A stretch of DNA of 59,713 bases, filler included, from Porpidia crustulata (GCA_964255105.1; 7 parts of 7 records of this genome joined end to end with filler, not necessarily neighbours in it), one strand, 5' to 3'. Shown: positions 13,312-25,552, numbered from the whole stretch's first letter. Made by a program: numbers and translations. Notes: generated by a model not told the origin, from the letters alone.

Positions 13312-14503
13312 CTTGCTATTGGGATGCTGTGATGTGAAGGCTCAAGATTCCAAGAAGAAGCGATGGGAGCAAGGTAGAAACGAGTAGATGAGGAAAGCGA
13401 AGAAAAGAGGAGACGGAATGACTTTAAACAAATACAAGACACATGCGGGGACAACGGGTAGCTTCACATGTGTAGATGATCTCGACCAGGATGGAAGTCA
13501 TGATGCGCCGGAGATGCAGACATGGTCGAGGAAGGAACCGCTCTTGCTCGATGCAGTCCATCGTGATTTGGGGAAACAACCAATGGCGGCTTCTCGGATG
13601 CGCCTCTAGGAGAAATAAAAAGTGCTCAAGAGCTCGATGGTGAGCAAGTGCAAGTCAAATACTATGCTAAACTGCCAATGTGTAGACGCTATGCTTCTGG
13701 GTAAGTGGTAGTGCATTGGAAGGATCGAGGATTCGAAGGCCAAGGAGGCCAAAGACAGCGTTTAGTGCACACACAACTGTCGAACTGTCAGCCCTCATCT
13801 ACACATGCTCGACATGGTTCCCCTTGATCCTGGCAGACTTTTGGTGGGCGGGTGGGCGAGTGAGTGTTCAGTTGAAGTTCTGGAGAATCTGATATTGCCG
13901 TCAGTTCTCTTCCGGTTAGGCTGATAACTGTTAGTCTGCTTCGGGGGCTCACCCTTCCGTTGGCGTTGGGTTGGCATTACCATATTCGTCTAATCCTGGT
14001 CTATATCATCCAATCATCGTGTACCAAAAACGCCATGTCACGTACAACTACCAAAAGAGGGACGGCACATATCGATTTGGCTTTTAACGAAGAATTCGTA
14101 CAGAACCCCTCACTAGTGACACATCGAGACCTTCCAGCTCACTTTCCCTCTGCTCTTCAACCAATGACTAGGCCCTGTACCCTCACGCCCACAAGCCCTA
14201 CCAGGTATTAAAGCCATCCTCCCCTCCTCCCATCTTCCGTGCCTCCCATCTCCTCACCTATTCTAGAACAGACCATCATAGAAAGAGCCAGATCGAGCCT
14301 CCTAAGGCCTGTCACCTCACCCTGTACCCCCCGCTTTGAATAAGTTGTACAGATTGCAGGTCGCTCCTCGTCGTCATAGCTCTCCGTTATTAGGCTAGCT
14401 ATTAGTCAATCAGTCTTATTACCGATTCAGCGGTGACGGGTAAAGGGTTATCCGGTGTGACCGGCATATTCTTAGGCAGCCTGACATCTCAAGCAATTGG
14501 AGG

Positions 14504-15760
14504 ATGGCATCTGAGTTGAACGCAGATCTAGTTATCGATCGTCCCATCACAAAGAAGCACATTGCCTGTGATGAGTGCCGTATGCTTTACTTTACTTGGC
14601 ATTTCAGGCAGCAGTCAGCGTGTTGACTGCTATGTCTAGGTGCGAGAAAACTGAAGTGCTCGGGTGATCACGATGGATGCTCGCGCTGCCGCCTAGAAAG
14701 CATCCTATGCTGTTATTCCTACCAGAGGACAATGGGCAGACCGCGAAAGCGCCGTAGAGCCGACGATGAAATATCACCGGATGCTGACGGAGATCTACCA
14801 GCCTCACTGGAGGGCGATACGGTCATCCCACTTCAAGCTTCAGGTATTGAAGATTTGTTGGGTGCGACAACCGCAGAACAGTTTGACCTTGAGTGTTTAG
14901 GCAACGAAGCCCTATCTTGGGACGTATCAAAATCGGATTTAGCCTCGATGCTTGACCCTGGTTACAGGAGTTTGAATGAAGGTTTAGGACTGCACCAAGA
15001 TGATGATAGAATAGTCCCGTTGCACCTACCAATGCCTACAGACACTTTTCAAAACAGCTTCTCGAATGTCGCCGACGAAGCATTGATATTGACTGACGAT
15101 ACGTTTAATGAACTCGCTCTATCGAACGGACCTGGTTGTGCTTGTTTGGCGAACCTATATCTTACCCTTTCATCCTTTCAATCACTTGGGCCTCCATCTT
15201 TCCCTTTCTCTAGTGGAACTCTCAAGAAAGCAGCAAGTACTGCTTGTGGTGTTCTTCGATGCTCGCAATGTCCCAAAGCCTACAGCTCGGCGTTTCAGAA
15301 TATTTCACTTTTGGGCACTCTGCTGCCTATTATAATTATGGAATATGCCAAGCTACTCAATCATATTGACGAGAAGTCTGCTCGTGGAGAATCAATCACG
15401 TTCAGAATGGGCATTCAGGATCCAGCGCTGATGCATCTCCACACCGGCACCGATGATTGTCCGATGGGGTTTAACGTTGAGCTGAGCGCTGTCGAATGGC
15501 GGAAGACAGCTCGCAGGGTCATAAGACAGCAAGTTCTTGGAGCAAAATCAGGGGATGGAAACTTGAGTAGCGTCATCGACGAATTGGATCAACGGCAACA
15601 TGTCTGGCATAGCTCGCACTACCCTCAAAGTATAGCGAGCTATACTCCAGTATGTGCTGCTGATGATAAAGCAGAGCTTGGATGCTTGCGAGTAATCAAA
15701 AACTTGAGAAGGTCGATCGAGGCTCTGAATCTTTCTGATGATGGCATCGATATAATATAA
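14504..15760 (+). CDS. Zn(II)2Cys6 transcription factor
   Basis: ATG at 14504 and intron 14580-14639 give ACDECRARKLKCSGDHDGCSRCRLESILCCYS..MGRPRKRRR, which continues into the 14732..15760 ORF (CACLANLYLTL, HTGTDDCPMGF). Confidence 0.9.
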
Positions 15761-16702
15761 ATATATTCATCCGGTCCGAGAACTCCTATGGCGCTCTGTC
15801 GCAAAATGCCTTTCTCCATTGCTCTATTGTTTCAGGCTAATATTTTTGATTTGGTTGTAACATGATAGTATATTCACACGCGAAGCACGAAAATCTAATT
15901 GGACCGATAATCCGACTATTCAGTGGCTTCCTATATTTATACACGTTCTCGCTAGAGGTTCTTCTAATCGGCAGAAATACGCTCAGATTTTACAACATTA
16001 ATGACATATATCGTGTTTGCGGAGAACTCCCACTCATTACTTACAAGACGGTGCACGAAGAAGTGCAATTTACACAGTGGCATTCGGTGAGATTGTTCCA
16101 GTGAAGGTTTGTGGATGCCTAACGTGAAACAACATACCGATACTTCCCGTTATGATATTTACTTCAACTTGATATTTGCCAATTGTGTAGCATCCACGGT
16201 AATTTGGCAACGCTCACGGCCTTGATATCTGCAACCAACCTTGCGTCCTCGGTACACAGTCGCGTCGATATCCGTGTGGGCACAAGCGGTTATCACTTCT
16301 TGCTTCAGCGGCAGACCAGCACGGTGTGTAATTCTGAGAATGGGTGGAAATGATATTATACCTCGGATTATGTCGTTAAAGTATTCCTTAGATAGAAAAG
16401 TAGCCGTATACTTGATACTGAGTCTGCTTTGATCTCACCAGGTTGTTCATCTTTTCATCCTACCTACTTTAGTGGATCACAGGCTTGAAAAACAGAGGTC
16501 GCCGACGGCACTGCCGGCGGTCATACGTGCAATTACGCTCTCCGCTATCTTTCCGGTATATTTAGCGCTGGTGAGGTCCCGCCTAATTTCACTTCCTTCA
16601 GTGAAACGTCTTCAGTAGAACCTCGAAGAACCTGGATCCAAATTTCTATGAGGTTTCTGACACCCTGCCGAGTTTCAAAGCTCCTGAAATAATCCCACTT
16701 GC

Positions 16703-16977
16703 TCAATCGGATGCGCTGTCCTCAGGCATTTGCTGCGTATTCGCAAGTTCCTATCGTATCGAGGTACTCTCTGTTAGCTTTCCCATCCAAACCCCTCCTT
16801 GGGTAATTGACGATGAAAGTAAATGTACCTCCTCCAATCGCGCCTTGAGCCTTTGCAGCTGGCTCTCTTTTATCACCAGGGTTTGATCGTCGAGGTCTTC
16901 AACAATGTAGTCGTGCTTGTCCTGATCAATCTTGAGGATTATGGCTTTGATGGAGGGGTCACATTCGACGAGTACGC
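16703..16977 (-). CDS. TFB5: TFIIH subunit p8/TTD-A, 5'-truncated (first exon lost at the contig end)
   Basis: Exon 16977-16829 reads GVLVECDPSIKAIILKIDQDKHDYIVEDLDDQTLVIKESQLQRLKARLEE; intron 16828-16751; last exon ELANTQQMPEDSASD*. Not in the ORF track. Confidence 0.9.
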
Positions 16978-17004
16978 CTAATGGAGATAGAGTTAGCTTT
17001 CTTC

Positions 17005-17104
17005 NNNNNNNNNNNNNNNNNNNNNNNNNNNNNNNNNNNNNNNNNNNNTTAATTAATTAANNNNNNNNNNNNNNNNNNNNNNNNNNNNNNNNNNNNNNNN
17101 NNNN
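17005..17104. other. Artificial contig spacer
   Basis: N44-TTAATTAATTAA-N44. Confidence 0.99.
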
Positions 17105-18169
17105 CAAAAGATCACAAAACAATAATCAACCAAACCAACCCCCTCGCCATCAAAGAAAACCCCCTCACCTCGCCCTATCCCTCAAGCGCAACCCCCATCC
17201 TTATCTAAATCCCATCCCCTCTCCTTCGCCTCCCAATCTTTCCAATGACTTACATCAAAAAAAAGATAGATTAAAAACATTTCTCGCTTGCAACCTCTCT
17301 CATACCCTTTTTTCTTTTCTTGCTTTAATATTTTCGTTAGAAAAAATTCTGAGCAGCGTTCATCATAGACCATTTTTTATCTTTTAGTTTTTGTCCGGCT
17401 TTACTCGCTTACTTGCGTTTCATTGGTATATTTCTTTGTTATTTGTTCATTTATTCATTCGAGTATCCAGATAGATATCTATGTGATTGATAAGTGGGAG
17501 AATTTTGTAGGACGTAGCTTTACACTCACGGAAATATGAAATTTTTATATGGTGTGTAGGTGTTGTAGCATGGTAGATACCTCGCTACCGAAAACCGAAG
17601 GCACGAAAGTTCCCCCTATCCCAATAGAACACGCCCAAAAAACCCCCACCCACACACACAGGGGAAACAAAAAAGCTCTTCCAGTTTACGTGTCGTACGC
17701 CTTCTATCTGTCTCCCCGGAAAAGTCCAACATAGACTACTTCAAGTCAACCCCATCTACCCAGTCCAGAGTAATCCACATGTGATTAACATCCACCCAAA
17801 TGAAAATCCCATGAACCGCGTGTGCATCTACTCACGATTCTTTTAATTCAGCTTCGCAAATGGTAACAATTAACAAATAAATCCATCTAAGACAATTAGT
17901 TAAAACCCAATTCTATTCTATTCCTACTCAAACAAAAAGAAATCTATAAAACTTTTCATAATTGTACAAAACTCGACCAAAAAAAAGAATTCCCAAAGCG
18001 ACAACCCCATCCACTAGCTCGCTCGATCCCGTCGCCCCAATAATGCGCAAAAGTCCCAAGTTTCCGTTACCACAACCCACTCAAACCTTCTCGAAAACCC
18101 ACTCAACCACCCGAAACTTCCGTCTGGGAACTACCTACTGACCATCACGCCACTCCACCTGACCACCTC

Positions 18170-20686
18170 TCACATGCGCACCCCAAGTCCCTCCGTGGCC
18201 ACAACCCCAACCTCTGGTTTCACCTTCGCAACGCCGAGAAACCCCTCTTCCTTGACCTTGGGCCCCATTTCCATCGCCACGGGCCCTGGTGATACCTTGC
18301 GCCCAAGACCCAACCGGGACTTCATCCCTCTGAGGCGCTTTCCAATTCTGTTACCCAGATTGCGCACCACAAAGGCCTTGTTCTCCTTTTCGGGGTGACC
18401 TTGGCCCTTTTTGGCTTTGGTGTCGTCGGGGTGGACGTCGTTGTTCCCTTGGGGGACTTCGGGGGAGTTGACTACGGTAGGGTTGGCCGAGGTCGCGGCC
18501 GTGGGCTGTTGAGGAACGTTGGGGCTATTGACGACGGTCTCATCGCCGAGATGCTGTTCGTTGATAGCCACTGGCGGTACGGGGGAAAGGGCATCGTCGT
18601 CGGCGATAGGCGTCATGTATTTCAGGCGGCTCGACGCTACACGAAGGAGTTCTGTCGTACCATCCTCGCCACTCTGATTCTCTTCCACTGTTTCCAGTCC
18701 CTGCGGCTTCTTCTCATTTGCTCGAAGCTCTGCCTCTTTCAGTTGCTGCTCCAATCTGGCTTGTCGAGCTTGCTCGTTTGCATTCTTCTGTGCATTGTAC
18801 TCTTCCAACCGCAGTGGCGTTCGCATTCCGTAGTCAGGACCTGGCTTCGAATTTGCAACATAGGCCGTTGCCTGGGCGTTTTGTTCCGGCGTCAGGTCAG
18901 CGAATCGATGGAACAGGGGATTTCCTTCGTGCTTGGCTCGAAGGTTTCTTTTCCTTTCGTCTCGTCTTCTGATTTCAGTCTTACTCAGTTTATTTGAGCA
19001 TTCTTGTTCTGACTCTTGGCTATTCGATGGGCTCACTGGAATTTGACGAAATGCAGAAAGGTCGGCCGGGAGCTTGAAAGAAGACCTTTGCTTTTCGCAG
19101 CGGTTCCTAAAAGCCGTGCAGATCTTCTCCTCTATCCTGATAGTCTGCCTCTCGACAGCTTGATCTTGCGCAGCTTTACTAGCAACTCGAGCTGGGGGCC
19201 AAATCTTGCCATCTTTCGAATAATGTTTCGTCTCCAAATCTATAAATTTGGCCTGTTCGTAATATTTGTACTCGGCGATTGCGGTGAGAGAACACACTGG
19301 AAGGAAATACATTATTGTGTCATCGTAGTCGAGCTTGACCGTGGCTTCTGCACTCCGCCATTTGACAGCTTTCGGTGGTGTATTGGGAATGATAGTTAGT
19401 TTCTTCCCAGACTCCCTTCGGATACACATTGCCCAGCCATCCTGGTAAATGACCGCCACCATGAATTCATCTCTATCCGAGGGCTCCAGTTGTGAACTGA
19501 ATTGGCCCTCAGCATAGGCTGTCCTTCCAAGATAGGCAACGAGGTAGCCTGACATGATGGAATTACCGCTCGCCTTTGGTAGGCGAGCTTTTGCAGTAGA
19601 TTTGGTGGATGTTGTCGACTTGATGGATTTAATTTTGTTGTAAGTAGAATGAAGAGAGAATCGAGGGATTTGAGGGATTGATGTATGGGCACGCAATGCC
19701 TGTGCTTGTGGTTTCACAGGTTCCGGTGGATTTTCCCTAGCATGTCTCTGATTGGTCCCAAGGGTAAACTTTTCTTCCTCATATAGTTTAGAGCTGTCCT
19801 TGGGTGGTAATGTGAGCAAGTTTGTGCGAATGGCAAGGCCGCCGCGACTTCCATTCGATCCGCTTTGCCAGACTTTATCCCTGAACATAGTCTCGTTGGG
19901 ATTGCCATGATTCTCTGGTAGACGTCGACCATGGGACTGTTGCGAGAATGGGATGGGTAGACCCGCTTCAGTACAATTTTCTACAAGGCCCGTAATTGAG
20001 CAGTAGGATACCTTTGGCTTCAGGCTGACATTATCTAGTGCATTAGGGCCGATGAGAGAGTCTTTATTACTGTGTATTGTTGTGTCGAATATGTCTGGTA
20101 TTTCGCTAAAGATTGTTGCCATTTTTTCCACCTGTTCAGCCACGGGCAGCACGGCAAATCCCTTATCAGACACACAATGGCTTTTACGGTCAGTGAAAAT
20201 GTCAGAACCAGAGTCAGAGCCTGTCTTATTTGTATCTACCGACCCGTTTGTCGCCAGCGGAAAATCTGTCTGCAAATCATAGATCTTCCATACTGGCGGC
20301 CGTGGCACATACTCTCCTTGTCGTCTCCGGTGAATGAAAGAACCCGGCGTGGGAGACGTCGATATTACTGGGCTATCGTCATGAAGGACAGATTTCGTCG
20401 GTGAAGGATCTGGGACGAGGATGTTCCGTGGAATTGGCGGCTTGCTGGGCGTACCAATCAGAGGTTTCCACCTCGATTCCACATGCTCTCCTTGACCTGG
20501 CCCTGCAGTCGCTTTGATGATTATTTCCGGCATCGCTGTCAAGTACGAGGTGTTTGGAGGATCGATGGGCATCGGCTCGCTACCAGAAGTACGGAAGACT
20601 TCTGGAACGAAGGGGATTTCAGAGGAGGTTCTGTATCCTGTACTGTTAATCGCCATACTCATAGACGATGCGTTATCAAGTATCAT
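18170..20686 (-). CDS. Large intronless, mostly low-complexity hypothetical protein with a putative degenerate SH3-like segment
   Basis: 875-codon open frame with the first ATG at 20686. Pro/Ser-rich, with the segment DEFMVAVIYQDGWAMC...YFLPVCSL, a coiled-coil-like stretch and a duplicated TVVNSPxVPQ motif. Confidence 0.7.
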   Translation of the reverse strand: MILDNASSMSMAINSTGYRTSSEIPFVPEVFRTSGSEPMPIDPPNTSYLTAMPEIIIKATAGPGQGEHVESRWKPLIGTPSKPPIPRNILVPDPSPTKSVLHDDSPVISTSPTPGSFIHRRRQGEYVPRPPVWKIYDLQTDFPLATNGSVDTNKTGSDSGSDIFTDRKSHCVSDKGFAVLPVAEQVEKMATIFSEIPDIFDTTIHSNKDSLIGPNALDNVSLKPKVSYCSITGLVENCTEAGLPIPFSQQSHGRRLPENHGNPNETMFRDKVWQSGSNGSRGGLAIRTNLLTLPPKDSSKLYEEEKFTLGTNQRHARENPPEPVKPQAQALRAHTSIPQIPRFSLHSTYNKIKSIKSTTSTKSTAKARLPKASGNSIMSGYLVAYLGRTAYAEGQFSSQLEPSDRDEFMVAVIYQDGWAMCIRRESGKKLTIIPNTPPKAVKWRSAEATVKLDYDDTIMYFLPVCSLTAIAEYKYYEQAKFIDLETKHYSKDGKIWPPARVASKAAQDQAVERQTIRIEEKICTAFRNRCEKQRSSFKLPADLSAFRQIPVSPSNSQESEQECSNKLSKTEIRRRDERKRNLRAKHEGNPLFHRFADLTPEQNAQATAYVANSKPGPDYGMRTPLRLEEYNAQKNANEQARQARLEQQLKEAELRANEKKPQGLETVEENQSGEDGTTELLRVASSRLKYMTPIADDDALSPVPPVAINEQHLGDETVVNSPNVPQQPTAATSANPTVVNSPEVPQGNNDVHPDDTKAKKGQGHPEKENKAFVVRNLGNRIGKRLRGMKSRLGLGRKVSPGPVAMEMGPKVKEEGFLGVAKVKPEVGVVATEGLGVRM

Positions 20687-20864
20687 GAGGCGGAGAAATA
20701 CTCCTATGCGCGGGTTGAGAGCTGCACAAACCCGATAAAATGCGATAATTGATTCTGTGGTGACCAACGCGCTTTTTATTAAATGCAGAGCTTTCAAGGT
20801 TGAATCAAAGATTTGGTTGAACTTGAAACCGCTGTAGAAGTTTCCGAATCAGGCAGTTACGTCT

Positions 20865-22417
20865 TTAGAATTCGGTAATGGAAGGTCCTGGTCCTTGCCC
20901 CCAAAACTTCCAAATCATGCCAATGATGTTCTCACTATCAGTAACCACAAGTTCATGCCCAGCATCACAAACCTCAAATCGGACGTTATCTGGTCCTAGA
21001 GCCTCAGTCGCATCCTCTACTAGCTCGTCTTCGACAATGATAGGGTCCTTGTCTCCAAGGATGACTAGCACTTTACCATTCTCTAGATCTGGGGTCTCGG
21101 ATCTTGCTTTCTGCATAGTCAGTCTTTTGCCAATCTGCTGCCAGTGTAAGTGTTGATCATTAATGGGGCCATGGCGGATGCTGGACATGAATGATTCGAC
21201 AAAACCGTGATGGCACTCCGTTTGCCATGCCTAACGATCGGAATCAGCCTGTGAGATATCATTTCGATCTCTAGATACCTAAGAACTTACGACAGCAGAA
21301 GAAATTGAAACCCAAGGTCTTGTTCGTGAAAGTAGCGTTCCATCAGACTGTGCAGGTCCTTCTTCCGCAACCGGCTCGCTCGATGTCGTTGATTTTTCCG
21401 TTTGGGAATTGCCTCTTAGTCGTCTCTTGACCAAATAATGTAGCCAGGTTTCAGGAAACCGACCTGTAGAGTACAGAATTCTACTGATCCAACTACGATG
21501 AGAAGGGTGTTGCAGACCAGATGGGGCAATCAGGACCAAAGAGGAAACCATATTTGGAAAATAGGAGGTGAAGTTTGCCGCTATACCGCCTCCAAGGGAG
21601 TATCCAACAAGAGAAAAAGAGGTGCTGCCAGTCCACGAAATGGGGGAGGACACAAGGGCAAGAAGGATTGAAGTGGTAAAAAGGCGGTCAGATTGTGGAA
21701 GAGCATACGAACCAGACAGGGGAGTATCTGAATAACCACGGCCCCAGAGGTCTACGGAGAAACGGAAGTAAGTCAGCAGGCCAGAATTTGGAACTTGATC
21801 GAGACTTCATTGTACTACTCGCAAGTGAAGATCTGGGAAAACAACGAAGTATCAAAGTAGAACAGAGGAGTTTGTGAGATCTTTACAGCCGAAATACTCA
21901 CCAAACAGTATGACACGGCAGCCTTTGTCCACGAGTCCGTGTGCAATGGCGCCTTCATTCATTGATTAGTAACTTAATATAAGAATGCAATAAATTCCAT
22001 GGACAGGTTACCGAAGGCAATAGAAGGAGTACTAATCCCATGTACAAACAACACTTTCTTGCCATTTTCCGGCCCCCATTCGTACACCCTGAGGCTCCCA
22101 TATGGCGAGTTGACATCCCTCGCACCAGGTAGCACATCAGGTGGTAGTGACAAATCAGCTATTTCAGAAGGTACAGAAGGCAAAGTCTTCTCGGGCGATT
22201 CGACAACGGTCTCCCTTATGCCAGGATAAGATGCATCTGAAGCCTCGTGCAGAGCCCATAGACCAAGACCCAAGCCCAGTACCATCCACTCCGAGACAGC
22301 CAGCTCAGGAATGAGTTGTCGGCGAGGTGCGGCTTTCACTGCATATGTCCCGACCAGAGCACATATTGAGATGGCATTTGCAAGGAGAGGCAAACGCGAT
22401 CTTAATTCTTTCAACAT
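20865..22417 (-). CDS. Alpha/beta-hydrolase fold protein (4 exons)
   Basis: Motifs GSLRVYEWGPENGKKVLFVHGISTP, F|DLWGRGYSD, nucleophile GYSLGG, ILGDKD and AGHE; canonical introns; probable ATG at 22417. Confidence 0.88.
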
Positions 22418-22999
22418 CGCCAATGAGCTAAGCTGGTCGAGCAAAGTGCCTGGATCTGGATGGCGGTTTATCTAGGAATTGGTTGAGATAGATACCTTCT
22501 TGTTAATATTCTAAGCAGACGTCAGCGCGCCAGTCTACCTAGGGTTAGTGTTCATTCGAATTTTAGCGCCATGGCGCGTAGCTCTTTTAAAGTCTCGCTC
22601 AGACAGACATTCGCACGCGGTACTTTGTCAATAGCTGTTCACCCAAGAGGGTGTGACGCTCAAGAAACGCTCATAGACTGTTCTGTCGCATCACGCTAGA
22701 CAGATAAATCGAAAGATGTCCTATTTTCGAGGTGCATCTTTCTTTGGCTGCCGTCTACACTCCTGCCATGTCTCAGTAATTTGCAAGCCGATGGTGTCAT
22801 TCCTTCTTGTTGCATCATGTTTATTTCATATTAGATCTGTCTCTTAGATCCGATGCAATAGAATCATTCATGTATCGTTTGACTCTTTAAAATGCTTTCA
22901 GCAGTGACCTAGTAATATGTGTCGGATTTTCTACCTCTCAACTTAACCTCTTATACTTACAGATTGACAAGAATCTGTTGGCTCTGAAGGCTGACTCTA

Positions 23000-25308
23000 A
23001 TGGAAAATGCGCAGTCCGGGGTCCTGATACATGGCCAACCAGGAGCGTTATATCTCCATGACACTTCTTCGTATGATGAGTTCGACGAGGTGGCGGAAAG
23101 ATTACTCGTGGGAGAAGATGGCCTAGCAAGCTTTATCGATTTCATATCCCTCACTGGCCAAGTTCTCATAACTCGTCCTGTTTATATCGGTAATGGAGGG
23201 GCTCACTACCATGCCAATATCCGTCCACGCCTAGACGAGGAGGGAATTCAGGCTCGAATTCGCAGTGACCAAGTCGATCCCCTATCGCCCTTCGATCCTG
23301 TTTCTGGCTCTCTACATCTAAAAGTTGTTGCACATGGAATTGGCTACACTCACTTCTGCGCGGACTGGCATTTGTATGAGCAAGACGACGATGCACAGGA
23401 AAACAATCTCTGTTCTTGGAAGCTCTCACATTTCTGTTTCCTGCGGAGACTCTGAATAACTACCAGGAAAATCAATTTGCTATTGCTGTGCCCGGCGACG
23501 GTTCATATGAAATTGATCGTTCATTCAGCGAGGTTTTGGAACGTAGGCTACAGAAAAGATTCAGGGACATCACGAGTCGAAACTTCGAGCAGGACGGCAG
23601 TGCTGTAGCTGTCCGTGGGGTACCTCCTGCCGAGATCTTTATATCTCAGATAGTATTGCCATTGACGCTTGTGCGCCCTGCACGACAGGCGATAGTGGAA
23701 GTTCTTGATGTCTATAATTTTGATGCACTCTTCCGGCAGGTCAAGGTCTTGTATCCTGACCGAGACCCTCGGACGCCAGATCCACTCGTGATTAGGGTTT
23801 TGCGAAAGGGAGGGCGTCATGACCTGTGGCCCAGACCAATTTCTCAGGCGTCTCATGATCAGAATCAGGGTGATTGGATGCGCCACGTCAATACACATTC
23901 AGTTGGGAAATGTGATCTGCTTGTAATCAAATGCTTCGTGAGTTTTGCTTTGTATCATTTGGCGCAGACGTCGTCCAACTAACATGATAATTGAGGAAAA
24001 TATACAAGTTAGAGATGGCACTGGCGCTCGACCTGGTTTTGTATTATGGGACATTGCTGCAATAAAGGATGGCACTGAATTGATGGAAGCTCTGAGCTCG
24101 ATTTCGGTAGATTTACTGGACCGCGATCCCACGGAAGCGAATAAAGCTATCAAAATACGGGTAGATAGATATAGGGAGGAGTGGTTATATTTCGATGGTA
24201 TCTCAACGGGTATGAATTTTCTCTACGAGGTCTTTTTCAAGATTGATGACGACAAGATCAGTATATATCCAATTGACTGGGTGCGGTGTTCTGGATCATC
24301 GTCAAGTCCTAGTGACTAACAGTGAATTAGACGGATGAGCCCATAGAAGTACTTACGCAACCCGATGTCGAAGAGCTCCAATTACGACTTAGATTAGCAG
24401 AGAACGAGCTTCTTGGGCGTGAAGTACACTGCCGAGTCTGTAATGAAGCGCTTCCATCTAGCTCGGCCGAGGTAAGAGTCTAACCATCCTACCTATGTAT
24501 ACTCTAGTCTCATAGGATGCAGGAGGTCAGACAACATTATCAGCAGCATAGTGTCGGACGTGTGGGATCGCAGGCGCCAAGTATTTGCCCGCATCCACGC
24601 TGTCATGCACATCTAAGTCTTCTAACAGAATTGGTGAGATTCATAAACTTTCTCTAGCCTTTACTTGATCGCTGATTATCTGTAGCAACGAGAGTAGCAT
24701 CAAGAGATGCATCCACATCGAGAGACTAATAATTCCCTAACGGGACATAGGACTAGCAGCAAAGAATCGATACCCAGTGATGGAGGACTAGCATCTGGCC
24801 TATCTCGTATATCGTCAGCAAGATCCTCAGGAAACAGGAGTAGACGGCAGAAACCTGATCAGCCTCCTAAGTCGCCAACGCCATCTTCAGACAATGATTC
24901 ATCTCCTCTTCCACTGGAGAAACACGCAGAAGTAAAGCGGCTATATTGTAATAGATGCATGGAATGTTTGAACTCTGCGAACCAAAAGGTAAATTGGATG
25001 AACTATCACTATTGAGATTATTACTGATAGACCGGGAAATACAGAAGCGGCGAGAGCATGCCGCAGGAAAGTGCCAGACCACTGTGCAAGAATACCTTGA
25101 TCTCACACAGGCAGAGGCTAAAGAACAGAGAGCCGCCATCAAAGCAGCAAAGGCGCAAGGAACCGCTGGGGCAAAGCGAGCCAAGCCGGAGGCGAAGAAG
25201 GATGATTCCGATGACGACCCCGAGCCATCCACTACAGGAACGAAGAGGAAGAAAAAGGTGACCAGGAGAGCAACCCCCGACCCTAGTAAGAAGGCTCGAA
25301 AGAAGTGA
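23000..25308 (+). pseudogene. Multi-exon gene with three C-terminal zinc fingers, disrupted as assembled (apparent frameshift near 23400 and in-frame TAG at 24695); 5' end uncertain
   Basis: Phase-0 introns at about 23938-23995, 24281-24330, 24472-24522, 24634-24685 and 24989-25044 link the frames. Fingers: CRVC..HYQQH, CPHPRC..HQEMH and CNRC..HAAGKC. Basic NLS-like tail KRKKK..KKARKK. Confidence 0.65.
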
Positions 25309-25552
25309 GGAGCAGTAGGAGCAGTGCTACTGTGCTATCATGGAGGATGAGTTTTGCAATAGGGGTAATCACGGCCTGGGTTGCCGTACTCCGCTGCCCT
25401 CTGAAAGCGCGCGGCAGTGAATTTCGATTATTTAATTCGGTCATAATAATGGGACCATATAAGCCATATAAATAATCATAATAGATTCTGTTGTCCACCG
25501 CAAAAAGCTTTCCATAGCGCCATCATCCACACTCAACGTGCCAATATCCCAC

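Noticed and set aside
15930..16420. Intron-like signals and short protein-like frames on the minus strand between the Zn2Cys6 gene and TFB5
   Set aside because: No coherent spliced ORF or recognisable motif could be assembled.
17105..18169. A/C-rich and T-rich low-complexity tract
   Set aside because: No terminal repeats or coding signal; consistent with 3' UTR or intergenic sequence at a contig end.
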